Positions 43,895 through 54,325 of a stretch of 64,000 nucleotides of DNA are shown here, one piece after another; positions within the stretch are counted from its first letter, which is position 1; each line of letters opens with the position of its first letter. Position numbers and translations under genes: made by a program. The stretch spans positions 1 through 64,000 of the forward strand of contig VRVR01000014.1 in assembly GCA_009859145.1 (NCBI GenBank). Direction: 5' to 3'. Source of the stretch: Andalucia godoyi And28 (lineage: Eukaryota > Protista > Jakobida). Under the pieces are notes generated by a model. That model did not search any database and had not been told where the DNA came from. It was given only the letters and a program-made list of their open reading frames with translations.

Positions 43895-44218
43895 TCTTTA
43901 TTTTAATTTAATTTTAATTTTATTTTCATTGGACAATTTAGATTCTTCAAGGTGTACACACATTTTGTTAATACCGCAAAAAGTAGAGTGAGTGAAAGGT
44001 TTAAGGGAGTGAGTGTTGTCCTTATTTCGCCATCGCCGTCGCCGTCGCCGTGCTTTTCTGCTTTGTTTTTTTGTTTTTTTTGTTTTTGGAAGCTCCATGA
44101 GGTTTGTTTGCTGTTCGTTCCACGTAAGCAGCAGCCCCAGCATCGCGCCGAGCAACGATCATCACTATCATGATGTTTCTTCGTTCTAGTATTTATTTAT
44201 TATTTATTATTCGTTAAT

Positions 44219-45664
44219 TTACAAAACCTTCCTGCGCTTTGCCGGCCCGTTTTGGGATGCAAGGCAGTTGGCGTGAACAACGTTATCTTCACCGTCCCGG
44301 ACAGCATCAGAAAACACAAAGTCCTCAATGTCGTCATTGTACCCAACTTGAATGAGCTCTCCGCATATTCTACAAACCACTTGCTCATCCTCCTGTGCAC
44401 GAATCGACAAGTCACCAGCGTGTGAATCTGGTTCTGGCGAGTTCCTTTTTGAAGAGGAGGGGTGGTCCTTCTTTCCACTCTCTGGACTCGTTTCAAAAAA
44501 GAACTGCTCACGATCCACAAATGGAACAAGCGACTTTTCATCCGTCTCCGCGAGTCCACGCGCAAAACACGGACCTGCATCTTGCCATTCCGCAAGCGAC
44601 GCAAACCAAGCCCTTGCCAGTCTGTGCTTGGGTTTTGTCCGCGTCCGTTTTTCCCGAATGGCCGCGTACACCTCATCCACCTTTTTTGCCGTTGACAAGA
44701 ACCGGCTGAGCAAAGATTCAAATGACGACAGTGCTGGCAGTTGCGGATTTCCGTTGGCAACCGGCATTCCTCCTCCAGAGCCCCCAGGTACCGGTGCAAT
44801 CGGTGGGGGATGCGGTCTAACCGCTGCAGATGGCGGAGGAGCTCCATACGGTGCTTGCACCTGTCCATACAACGAGGGTTGCGGCTGGGCACTCATCGAC
44901 ATCATGTGCGGCTGTTGCATTCCATGTGTCATTTGTGCTTGCATTGCGTGCATGCCTGGCATCACGCCATACCCAATGCCAACACCCGCGCCTGCCTGTG
45001 CAATCAGAGCTTGGAGGCTCGAGTGAGGCACAGCTTGGAATTGAAGTGGGGGCTGCTGCTGGGCCTGGTGCATGGATGGCTGCAATTGGGACAGGTGCTG
45101 GGGCATTCCAAGACCTGGAACCGGAACAGCTGGCTTGGTGTCCTGCATTGGTGGACCTCCTTCTGGCCAATTGAGCCTTGCTTCAATGGATCGAAGTATG
45201 TACGGAGCGACGCATGCAAACTGGATCCACGTGCGAAACAGCTTTACATACTGCGGGGCAAGCGCAGGGATGTGGGACGAAATGAGCTGGAAAGTCGAAA
45301 CGAACGTTTCAGCCAGAAATGGCTCAAAATAAGGAATGAACTCTCGAACGTTCTTCAGAATGGCATCGAGGACGTAAAACGCCGCAAGCTTGTATTGGAG
45401 TTGACACTGTCGCGCATTGTTAGTAAGTTGGTGCATCTTGGATATTTCCTTCTTCATTTTCATATGCTCTCGCGACAACGCTGTGTGGAAAGAAGGCAGA
45501 CATACTTGGCGAATGTGGTCCACCACAATTCTTACGATTTCTTGAGCCGCGCCCAAGTTTTCCCGAGCATACATCACAATTGCATCGATTTTCGCACGGT
45601 CCGCCGAGGTCAGGTCGCCCAATATGCGCTTGAGAGGATCGTGTCCACCTACAGCATGCTGCAT
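44219..45664 (-). CDS. PCF11: PCF11 (CID plus C-terminal Zn finger); join(45506..45664,44219..45406)
   Basis: CID KLAAFYVLDAILKN...LFRTW; C-terminal CRICGE...FVFSDAV...HANC; one intron. Confidence 0.8.
   Translation of the reverse strand: MQHAVGGHDPLKRILGDLTSADRAKIDAIVMYARENLGAAQEIVRIVVDHIRQVCLPSFHTALSREHMKMKKEISKMHQLTNNARQCQLQYKLAAFYVLDAILKNVREFIPYFEPFLAETFVSTFQLISSHIPALAPQYVKLFRTWIQFACVAPYILRSIEARLNWPEGGPPMQDTKPAVPVPGLGMPQHLSQLQPSMHQAQQQPPLQFQAVPHSSLQALIAQAGAGVGIGYGVMPGMHAMQAQMTHGMQQPHMMSMSAQPQPSLYGQVQAPYGAPPPSAAVRPHPPPIAPVPGGSGGGMPVANGNPQLPALSSFESLLSRFLSTAKKVDEVYAAIREKRTRTKPKHRLARAWFASLAEWQDAGPCFARGLAETDEKSLVPFVDREQFFFETSPESGKKDHPSSSKRNSPEPDSHAGDLSIRAQEDEQVVCRICGELIQVGYNDDIEDFVFSDAVRDGEDNVVHANCLASQNGPAKRRKVL
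45407..45505 (-). other. Spliceosomal intron in PCF11 (99 nt, in-frame, stop-free)
   Basis: GTATGT donor, TACTAAC branch point, CAG acceptor; removal restores a contiguous CID. Confidence 0.85.
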
Positions 45665-46437
45665 CTTGTTATTTATTTTAAACAAAAAGAAAGAAAAGGG
45701 AAAAATATAATAAAATACTTCCTTTCTTCTTCTTCTTCTTCTTCTTCTTCTTCTTCTTCTTCTTTCTTTTTTTTAAAGTTTCAGAAAGAAAACCAAACAA
45801 CTCTTTCGGAAACCTGCCTTTCTTTCTTTTTCTCTTTTGGCGACCTTCCCTTGATCTTTCCCGCTACTCTCAAATGTCTGAATTCACAATAATGAAGCAC
45901 GATGCTTTGCAGATAGGGGAACGTATAATAAGAAAGAGAAGGAGGAGAGGGAGAAAAGGAAAAATGCAGCATTCCGAGAAAGGACAGTGCGCTGTTCAAC
46001 AGGAATCCATTAAGAAAAGAGAAAACCTCGCACTACAGCAGCAAAGGGGCGAATGCTTGTTTGGCGCGTTCCCCGAGTGTCATGTCACGTCATGAAAATC
46101 ACGACGTCTGTCGGCCCCATATCTGCATTTTGTGATTCACCGATTGATTTCGCCATCCGCATTCTGAAACCTGTTTTTTCCTTCTCTCCCAATGTTTCTT
46201 TCCTCCTCTTCTCTCTGTTCTTCATTATTACAATTCATTATACAAGACGTTGGGCACTTTACACTTCACCCAGCACGTTTTCCGCCTTATTTATTATTAT
46301 TATTATTACTATTTAATATTAGATATATTCTCAAGTCTTTTTCCGCTGTTGTTGGTGTTTCAAAAGGAGCTGCTGATTGCTGAGAACTTTGTGGGCTTCG
46401 TTCATTCACAAAAACAAGAAAGAAGGAGAAGAAGAGA

Positions 46438-48543
46438 ATGTCGTCAGTGAACTCTTCTGTGCAGATGGACGAGCAGCAACTTCTGGAACGCATGCGGAAT
46501 TATGATGAGCTGTTGCGATCCATGGACAGCAGCCCGCTGTTTGAGCTCACATCGAAGGGAAAGGACGCTGCACCGCGTTATCTGAGTTATGAGAACAAGA
46601 ATCGTGATAAGCCGACTCCCCGTGAAGAGATTTCTCAGAAGAAGTCGCAGCAGCAATCTGCGGACGTGTCTAATCGCCCGGCTTCCGCATCGAAACGACG
46701 ATCGTCTGGCACGGATGAATCGATGCAATCTCCTCCGAAACGAAACACAACTCCGTCGAGATATTTGCAGGGTTTTGAAAAGACGCTGACGATGAGAGAT
46801 CAGTCGCCAAGACGCAAAGTGGAGGAAGAAAAAAGGAAGCGGGAAGAATCGTTTGCGATTTTGCAGAAGCGGTCAGAGGCCCGGAACAATCGCAGTCCTT
46901 CAAGGAACACGGAGGATCAGAATCTCGGAAACGTCAGTGAGCGATCGTCTTCGTCGGCGAGGAAGAGAAACACGACGCCCTCCCGCTACTTGAATGGAAT
47001 CACTCCGGAGCCTGGACAAATCACTCCGCGAATGGAAGTGGAGCTGAAGAGAGAAGAATCTCGGAAATCCTTGATTTCTTCCAAGCCACCGTTGCTGAGT
47101 CCTGCAAATTTGCAAAGAAGCGGAGAAGATCATGCGCCGTTGCGCTGGTCCGTTTCTGGAGGATCACTGCTTTCGCAAGTGGATGGGCCTCGGGGCTCCA
47201 TGGTTGCTGCAGATGTCATGGTTCTCCGAAATGTCCGCAATCCGTCCGAAGAACTGTCAGCCGTGTTTCAAGCATACTGTCTATTGTTCGGACTGTCTCC
47301 ATGCCTTCGTGCGGACCCAACCTCGCAACAGGGTCTGAAGTTGCATGACTGGGTCACTCCATTCCGTAACGCATGTCAAAAGGCATTCCAGATGATCAAG
47401 GCACTTGCCGAGTACGATCCGCACTCCGTGTCCAAAGACGTGTTCAAGAAACTTCGCCGCGTAGTCCGTGAGCCGTTCTTTACTCCCCAGTTCTTCATGT
47501 CGCAAGGACCGGAGCCTGCTGTCAAGTTGGTCGAATTTGTGCTCGACGTGACCAAGAAGGCTGCGATCAATCTTGGTGAGGATCCAGATGTCATTGATGT
47601 GAAGTATGCAGACAAACAACCAACCACCCCTCCGAAGAAGGTTGTGGAGCTCCTTCCCCGGGAGACAACGCCGCTGAAAGTGAACGCGTCGCTGATGTCG
47701 CCAACGTCCACCTCTCCACATGTTGTGTTTGGCTCGACAATGCCACCTGGATTTACCCCGGCGCCTCTCAGTCGCTCTCCGTCCGCGACGTCTGTGCATG
47801 CGTCTGCGAGCCGCGGTCATTCGCGGTCGACGTCGACAGGAAGCGCCACGTCTCCCAGAGTCTTGAAATCTCCTGGACATTCAATGCCTTTCGAAGGTTC
47901 CACACAGGACACGGTTGTCGGCATCTCCGAGTCTGCATTTCGTTCCATTGCGTCTCGATTGAGTGAACGCGACATTGCAAATCTAGCTCTGACTTGCAAG
48001 TCCTTTTTCTGCTTTGCGTGTGATCCGTCCGTGTGGGAATCGCAGATATTGCGAAAGTCCAAGGTCCTAGATGTTGCGGCGCAGAATAAGCAAAACGCTG
48101 CAGACATCCTGCTCGCCAAGGAGGAGCAGCGGAAAACGGTGGCGTCGCAGTTGTCGCAAGACGAAGTTGAAACACTCCAGGGATATGAAAACCCTTCAGA
48201 TTCGGTGCGAGCTGTGCTGGAGTGCGTGTCGAAAGTCCTAGGTCTCGAGTCCCTCACAAGCGTTTCTGCAGCCGATGTGCACGCATCCATCCGAAATCTT
48301 GATGCAGCAGCTCTTTTGCCTTTGGAGGTGCGGTCTCGTGTTCCCCGTTCCCATGACTTGGACGAATCTGTCCTGAAAAAGACCTCACGAGTCGCTGTGA
48401 TGTTTGCCAAGTGGATTGAAGCCGTTGCCGAGGTTGCCAAGTGTCTTGATGCCCAGGACGCAGCACGGGACGAGCATCGAAATGTATCTCGCGATCTCGA
48501 CAAGATCAGGGTCTTTGTCACTCAACGATCTCTTTTCGAGTAG
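46438..48543 (+). CDS. Protein with two dynein stalk MTBD-like domains flanking an F-box
   Basis: 701 aa ORF; motifs are given in the findings. Confidence 0.7.
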   Translation: MSSVNSSVQMDEQQLLERMRNYDELLRSMDSSPLFELTSKGKDAAPRYLSYENKNRDKPTPREEISQKKSQQQSADVSNRPASASKRRSSGTDESMQSPPKRNTTPSRYLQGFEKTLTMRDQSPRRKVEEEKRKREESFAILQKRSEARNNRSPSRNTEDQNLGNVSERSSSSARKRNTTPSRYLNGITPEPGQITPRMEVELKREESRKSLISSKPPLLSPANLQRSGEDHAPLRWSVSGGSLLSQVDGPRGSMVAADVMVLRNVRNPSEELSAVFQAYCLLFGLSPCLRADPTSQQGLKLHDWVTPFRNACQKAFQMIKALAEYDPHSVSKDVFKKLRRVVREPFFTPQFFMSQGPEPAVKLVEFVLDVTKKAAINLGEDPDVIDVKYADKQPTTPPKKVVELLPRETTPLKVNASLMSPTSTSPHVVFGSTMPPGFTPAPLSRSPSATSVHASASRGHSRSTSTGSATSPRVLKSPGHSMPFEGSTQDTVVGISESAFRSIASRLSERDIANLALTCKSFFCFACDPSVWESQILRKSKVLDVAAQNKQNAADILLAKEEQRKTVASQLSQDEVETLQGYENPSDSVRAVLECVSKVLGLESLTSVSAADVHASIRNLDAAALLPLEVRSRVPRSHDLDESVLKKTSRVAVMFAKWIEAVAEVAKCLDAQDAARDEHRNVSRDLDKIRVFVTQRSLFE

Positions 48544-49034
48544 GCCGGATTTCCATGGCATACGCATTATTGATCCATTCTTTTCCTTTTCCTTTTCCTT
48601 TTCCTTTTCCCTTTTTCCTTTTCCCTTTTCCCTTTTCCCTTTTCCCTTTTCCCTGTTTTTTTAATTTAAATTGTTTTTTGGAGATGAGCCTGCAATGTGG
48701 CATGCTTGTGATGACGTCGAAATATTATCATTATCATTACTCATAAAACTCGACATTTGGAAGCTAACGCGTCCTGTTGTGCACTGTTGTGGGAATTTCC
48801 GACTGTAGAGCGGGACTACAGGTCGGGATTATCTGAGAAGCTCGCTTCGACCTCGCATTCCTGAGTTGACGAAGAAAGAAAAACAGAAAATCCGCTTTGC
48901 TCGAATCCACAGACAACATTCCCTTCTTTTTCATTGTTCGCTCCTTTCTTCCCAGTTTTTTAAATGGTCTTCTGTCTCCTCTTTTCTTTTCTTCTTTTTT
49001 GCTAATCGCCTTATCACAGCTGGAACCTCACGTT

Positions 49035-49166
<132 letters not shown>

Positions 49167-49299
49167 TTTGTTTGGGCTTTCAATTCCAGGCGTCATCCTT
49201 TCTCCTTCACTTCCTCTTCTCCTCACGGACCCACACACATTTATACACATACGCAGACGCACTTCACTTTTAATTACGTCTTGGAAGCTTCGTGGAAAA

Positions 49300-50901
49300 A
49301 TGGGACTACTGACAAGAGGTGCGCATCCGCTTCCGTGGCATGAAGCAAAAAAGTACGCGGAATACGTCAAGCGACACGGTATCCAGCAGTTCATCAATCG
49401 GTACAACGACACAAAGTCTCTGGAAAAGAGCCAGTTTCTGTGGGGAGATGAGATCGAGTACATTGTGGTCGTAATGGATCCGGAAACGCAGAAGCTGAAG
49501 CTCTCGCTCCGAGCACCAGAGATTCTTGAGCAGGCAGAGCAAGTTGAAAGGGCCATCGTGGAGAAGGGAGAAGTGTTGGTGACATCGTGGAAGCCAGAGT
49601 ATGGTACACATATGGTGGAAGGCACGCCGGGAGCGCCGTATTGCGGATCGATGGAGTGTTGGACGGTTGTCGAGCCCAACATGCGTGCAAGAAGAGCAGA
49701 AGTCCGAAAGTACTTGCGACCGAATGAGCACTTGATGACGCTAACAAGTTACTTTTTAATGGGAGTGGGCTTGTTCACGGAGCCTGCATACCCTGCTGGG
49801 GGGCCTGTGACGCAGAGTCTGTATGTTCCCGATGAGATCATCAATCCGCATCCGCGGTTCCCCACGCTGACTGCAAATATTCGAGAACGGCGCGGCGAAA
49901 AGGTCAACATCTTGGTGCCCATTATGCTGGAAGAAAAAGAGGAAGAAATCGACTTTGCTCCTGATGCTTCGGTTGGTGCTATAGCGAGTGGACGGGATGT
50001 TTCTACTAACGGGCGGTGCTCCCCGAAAAAGGAGTCGAGTCCACCGCGGTCTGCATCTCCTGCAGACGGTATTGTGCTCAGAAAGTCGACTTCAACAACG
50101 TCGTTTGATGCCACGGAGCCCAATTTCCTGTCTCATTATTTTCCGAGTTCGGACGACAATAATCGGGCGTTTCAACGAAGGATCTCTCGCGAGATCTCGA
50201 CTTCTCCAATCTCACAGATCAACGACGGGCTCTCCTTTCCAAGATCCGTCATGACAGATCTTCCTACACCCACGATCATGCCGGGCATTCCCCCTTCAGT
50301 CCACATGGATTGCATGGCTTTTGGGATGGGGATGTGCTGTCTGCAAGTCACCTTGCAAACGAGACACATTGGCGAAGCTCGTTTCCTGTACGACCAATTG
50401 GCTGTCCTGTGCCCCATTTTCTTGGCACTCACTGCTGCAACTCCCATTCTTCGAGGTTACCTTGTTGATACAGATGCTAGGTGGCACGTGATTTCGGCAT
50501 CTGTCGACGATCGGACTGTTTGCGAGCGGTCGTGTGATGACGCCGCGTGCTTCATCCCAAAGTCACGATACGATTCCATTTCGACCTACATCTGCAGCCG
50601 CTCTGCGATGAAGGAAGAATACAACGATATTCCACTCGTGTACAACAAGGAGTACTACCAAATGCTCCGTGATGCCGGCATTGACCACCTACTTGCACGA
50701 CACATTGCGCATTTGTTCATCCGAGATCCGTTGGTCGTTTACGAAGACCGTCTTGAGCAAAACGACGCGTCTTCCATGGACCATTTTGAAAATATTCAGT
50801 CGACGAACTGGCAGACGATGCGGTTCAAACCACCACCTATTGGAAGGTACGTTTTTTGGATTAATATTCCCTTTTTCTTTCTTGTTTTTTCTCTTCTGTC
50901 G

Positions 50902-50941
<40 letters not shown>

Positions 50942-51795
50942 ATTCAAGGGATCATCTGTTAGGCAGGTTTCGCGAGTCGTGGAAATTCATTGCAAAGGCA
51001 GTCCCGAGATTTTTTTCCCCATTCTCCGCTTCTTCTTCTTCTTCTTCCTTTTTTTCTTCTTCTTCTTGAATGTATATGCGGTGATCTAACTTGTTTATGA
51101 CATGTAGTGATATCGGTTGGCGAGTGGAATTCCGGGTGATGGAGGTCCAGCTGACAGACTTTGAAAATGCAGCGTTCTCTGTGTTCCTGGTGCTTCTGAC
51201 TCGGGTGATGTTGGCGCTGAATCTGGACTTCTACATTCCCATTTCCAAGGTTGATATCAATATGGCTCGGGGGCATCTGCGCGATGCCGTGCTCAATCAA
51301 AAGTTTTATTTCCGCCGCAATGTGTTTTCTCCAACTCCTCCGACTCACGATTCTCCGGATCAAGAGGAATCCGTTGCTGCGGACATTGTGGAGATGTCCA
51401 TTGACGAAATTATGAACGGGTCGGTCTGCGGTATGTTTCCTGGCCTCGTTCCGATTGTTCGCAACTATCTCCGAACTGTGCAGGTGTCTGCCGAAACGTC
51501 CGAGATGCTGGAGCGGTACATGACACTGATCTCCAAACGAGCATCTGGCGAATTGATGACGTCCGCATCGTTTATGCGCGCATTTGTGCGTGGCCACGAG
51601 GCGTACCAACAGGACTCTCGACTCAACGAACAAATTGCGTGGGATCTGATGGAGATCTGCAGAAGGATTGGGGAAGGCGAAGTAAACCCTTCGGAACTCC
51701 TCGGCAATCTCCACATTCCAAAGATGAGAAGCGACATTTGCCGAGGTGCGCTCGTTTCGCGTCCTTGCTTGATTACGGACGGACCAATCTCCTAA
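49300..51795 (+). CDS. GCLC: Glutamate-cysteine ligase catalytic subunit; join(49300..50846,51108..51795)
   Basis: MGLLTRG, LWGDEIEY, WKPEYG, MDCMAFGMG, FENIQSTNWQTMRFKPPP; splicing restores IGS-DIGWRVEFR. Confidence 0.95.
50847..51107 (+). other. Spliceosomal intron in GCLC (261 nt), contains (TG)n and (TTC)n
   Basis: GTACGT donor, ATCTAAC branch point, TAG acceptor; in-frame stop if retained. Confidence 0.9.
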
Positions 51796-51949
51796 GGATC
51801 GTGCCTCTGCGATAGGCTGATTTCGAATAATTCTTTCTTTCTCCTTCATTTTATGTATTTAAAATAAAATACAACAAAAAAAGAGTTTTGTTTGTCGCTT
51901 GCAGAGAGACTGTCTGGCATGAAACGACATGCATGTCCAAAAAAGCACG

Positions 51950-52100
51950 CCTACATTGCATATTAACCACGGATAATCATCGCTGATCACCCATAATCAA
52001 TGTTGCAACCCAACAACATGCATAGCATGATTGGGAAGGGGGGTAGGCCCCCAACACGCCCCTCGGCATGAGAGACGCTCTTAAAATAGATGCTGCGTTG
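51950..52100 (-). mobile_element. Fanzor2 3'-end/omegaRNA-like remnant (copy D)
   Basis: RSIYFKSV...GTGTTGGGGGCCTACCCC; hairpin ATGGGTGATCA-GCGA-TGATTATCCGT; terminus ATGTAGG. Confidence 0.75.
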
Positions 52101-52429
52101 CATGGGCAATAACAATAAAAATAAGAAAATGAAATGAGCGTCGCTGTGCGAGAATGCAACGCGGCGGTGTGTTTATAGGGATTTCATGATCACAATCGGG
52201 CAAAACGAATCGGGCATCGTGTGACGGAGTTGCCAAGATAGCAAACGCATGCGCATGGGCGCGTGGCAGTGTTTTGTTTGCGTGCGCTTTAGATTGCTTC
52301 ATCATATCGCAAATAGTGGCAGCGGTCCTCCAATTCCATGTCGTCCTCTTAGATGGAAATGCAATTTGATGAAATGCCCGGAACAGTCTCTTGACAGACG
52401 CTGCACGGCGGAGGTGGCAGTACGCCGAA

Positions 52430-52480
52430 GCGTTCTTCCAATAGATTGGGCCGCGCACCATTTTTCCAATCTCGATCCAG
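52430..52480 (-). mobile_element. Fanzor RuvC-III fragment (copy F)
   Basis: CTGGATCGAGATTGGAAAAATGGTGCGCGGCCCAATCTATTGGAAGAACGC = LDRDW(K)NGAR..IYWKNA with indels. Confidence 0.65.
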
Positions 52481-52598
52481 ACATGCGTCGGAAGTTATGG
52501 AAAAGGGCGAACGGAATAGCATTGTTTGAAATTTCTTGATGAGTTGCGTTGTAAGGATATCCAGATGGAACATCTGGAAAAAATGAGCTATGGTTTGA

Positions 52599-53585
52599 TT
52601 ATGATGCGAGCAGGGCGATGGATGTCAAGGGGTCGCTTGCTTGTTGAGATGGTTCCTCCAACCCAGCCTTGTCCGAGTCATGTAAGAACGGCAGGACTTC
52701 TTGCGCAATTGTTTTGGAGTCCTCCAGGCAGAATGCGTGCTTGACTCCATGCTTGTCCAGATAAATATGTTCATGCTTTGGAAATCGGCTCTTCACGTCT
52801 TCAAAGAACTCAATTGGAACCCACCCATCGTCCTTTGTGTAGTAAAACACAATCTTATCCAAATGCTTTTCAAGAGTTTGATGATCCAAGTGTCGGACAA
52901 TGTGGAATTCCGTAACAGTCAAGTAGAGAATATTCATAATCGTGGAGTACGAAAACAACCGCTCCACGGAACCCGGACAGTCCTTGATCTTCGGGCCAAA
53001 CAACTTCACGAGCCCTCGCTTGAAGACATTTGGTGTCCAGGAAATGAATCCTCCAATACCAGCAACCAGGTGGCGAAACCCTGGCTTTATGAGAACGTTG
53101 ATTGCGCCTGCTTGTTCTCTAAGATGACGCAGAGCTGGAAACAGCAGGAAGCAGCGAGCAAGTTCAAACCGATCCGACGCAATTCGGAGAACTTCCTTGA
53201 TCATAAACGATCCAATGGAGTGTCCTGCAAGATAGAACTTGGCGTCTGGATGAGTGGCCTTCAAATGCTCAATTGCTTCTACCTTGTGTTGTACTTGCTC
53301 AGGAAGCGAGAATTGGCGTCCGTTGTTTTTGGATTCAGAAGAATGTCCAGTCAGCCCAATGCCGATGACTCCAATGTTCGGGCGTTCTTCTTGAATGTGG
53401 AGAAGAAACTTTTCGTAAAAGTGCACAAGACCTGGATTTCCAGGAACAAACATCAGAATTGACTTGACACGCTCTGTCTCGGAGGCAGGAGCGAGAATCC
53501 GTGGATGAAAATGCACAAATTCGACATGCACGTCCGATTCTGGAAGATGCAAAAAGCCGTAAACTGGAGAAAAGGAGAGTGCCAT
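52599..53585 (-). CDS. LDAH: Lipid droplet-associated serine hydrolase
   Basis: FVPGNPGLVHFYEKFL, GHSIGS, DGWVP, HAFC. Confidence 0.85.
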   Translation of the reverse strand: MALSFSPVYGFLHLPESDVHVEFVHFHPRILAPASETERVKSILMFVPGNPGLVHFYEKFLLHIQEERPNIGVIGIGLTGHSSESKNNGRQFSLPEQVQHKVEAIEHLKATHPDAKFYLAGHSIGSFMIKEVLRIASDRFELARCFLLFPALRHLREQAGAINVLIKPGFRHLVAGIGGFISWTPNVFKRGLVKLFGPKIKDCPGSVERLFSYSTIMNILYLTVTEFHIVRHLDHQTLEKHLDKIVFYYTKDDGWVPIEFFEDVKSRFPKHEHIYLDKHGVKHAFCLEDSKTIAQEVLPFLHDSDKAGLEEPSQQASDPLTSIALLAS

Positions 53586-54132
53586 GGTGCCGTTGGACGA
53601 TGTTTTTTTAATGAATCGATGCAGATAGCGTTGCGAAACGAGAGACACTGATGCCCGTTGATACCGAGATATGAACATGAAGAAGGAAGAAGAGTCTGTG
53701 AACGGAGGAACGAACAAAAAAATCATTTAGAAAGAGAAGTCTGAGACAGCAGTCAGTTTGTGCGGGGAAATGAGCGAGTTTTAGGAAGCAAAGGCTGACA
53801 TCAAACCGGACCGCCGCGTTTTTGGTTTATTTATTTGTTATGATAATGTATATATATATACAAATACACCGGTATGGATGTGTATTTTTCATTCCGTGGA
53901 GCTGTCAAAGTTGAGGGCTGTTTTTTTAACTTGGAAAGTAGGTAGTGCAGGGCGTGTGCCATGTGGACAACGCTTCTGACCGTTTCTCACGCAGGCGGCA
54001 ACAAGCAACAAGCATGAACGCACGCAAGCAACAACAAGCAAACGAAATGAGAATCCGGAGTTGTTCTCTTATCCAAATTGTTCAGACGCTAATTTTTGGG
54101 ACGCTGCAACCTCCTTTGTCTTTTTTTGTCTT

Positions 54133-54279
54133 ATGGTGCGCGCAACAACATTTACGTTAAGAACGCCGGCAAGGCGTGTTGGGGCCTACCCCCCTTTCCG
54201 CCCCATGTATAATGGCGTGGTTGCAAGGCTGATTACGCATGACTAGCGATGACCATGCATACGCAATGTACAATGTAGG
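54133..54279 (+). mobile_element. Fanzor2 3'-end/omegaRNA-like remnant (copy C)
   Basis: GARNNIYVKNA...GGCGTGTTGGGGCCTACCCC; hairpin GCATGACTA-GCGA-TGACCATGC; terminus ATGTAGG. Confidence 0.8.
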
Positions 54280-54325
54280 CGTCTGGATAAAGAAGAAAAT
54301 AGTTAAAAATAACAATAATGTACAA

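Noticed and set aside
44741-45892. 383-aa plus-strand ORF
   Set aside because: Antisense to PCF11 with no recognisable motif; a typical shadow ORF, as are 62880-63962, 52701-53462 and 54695-55459.
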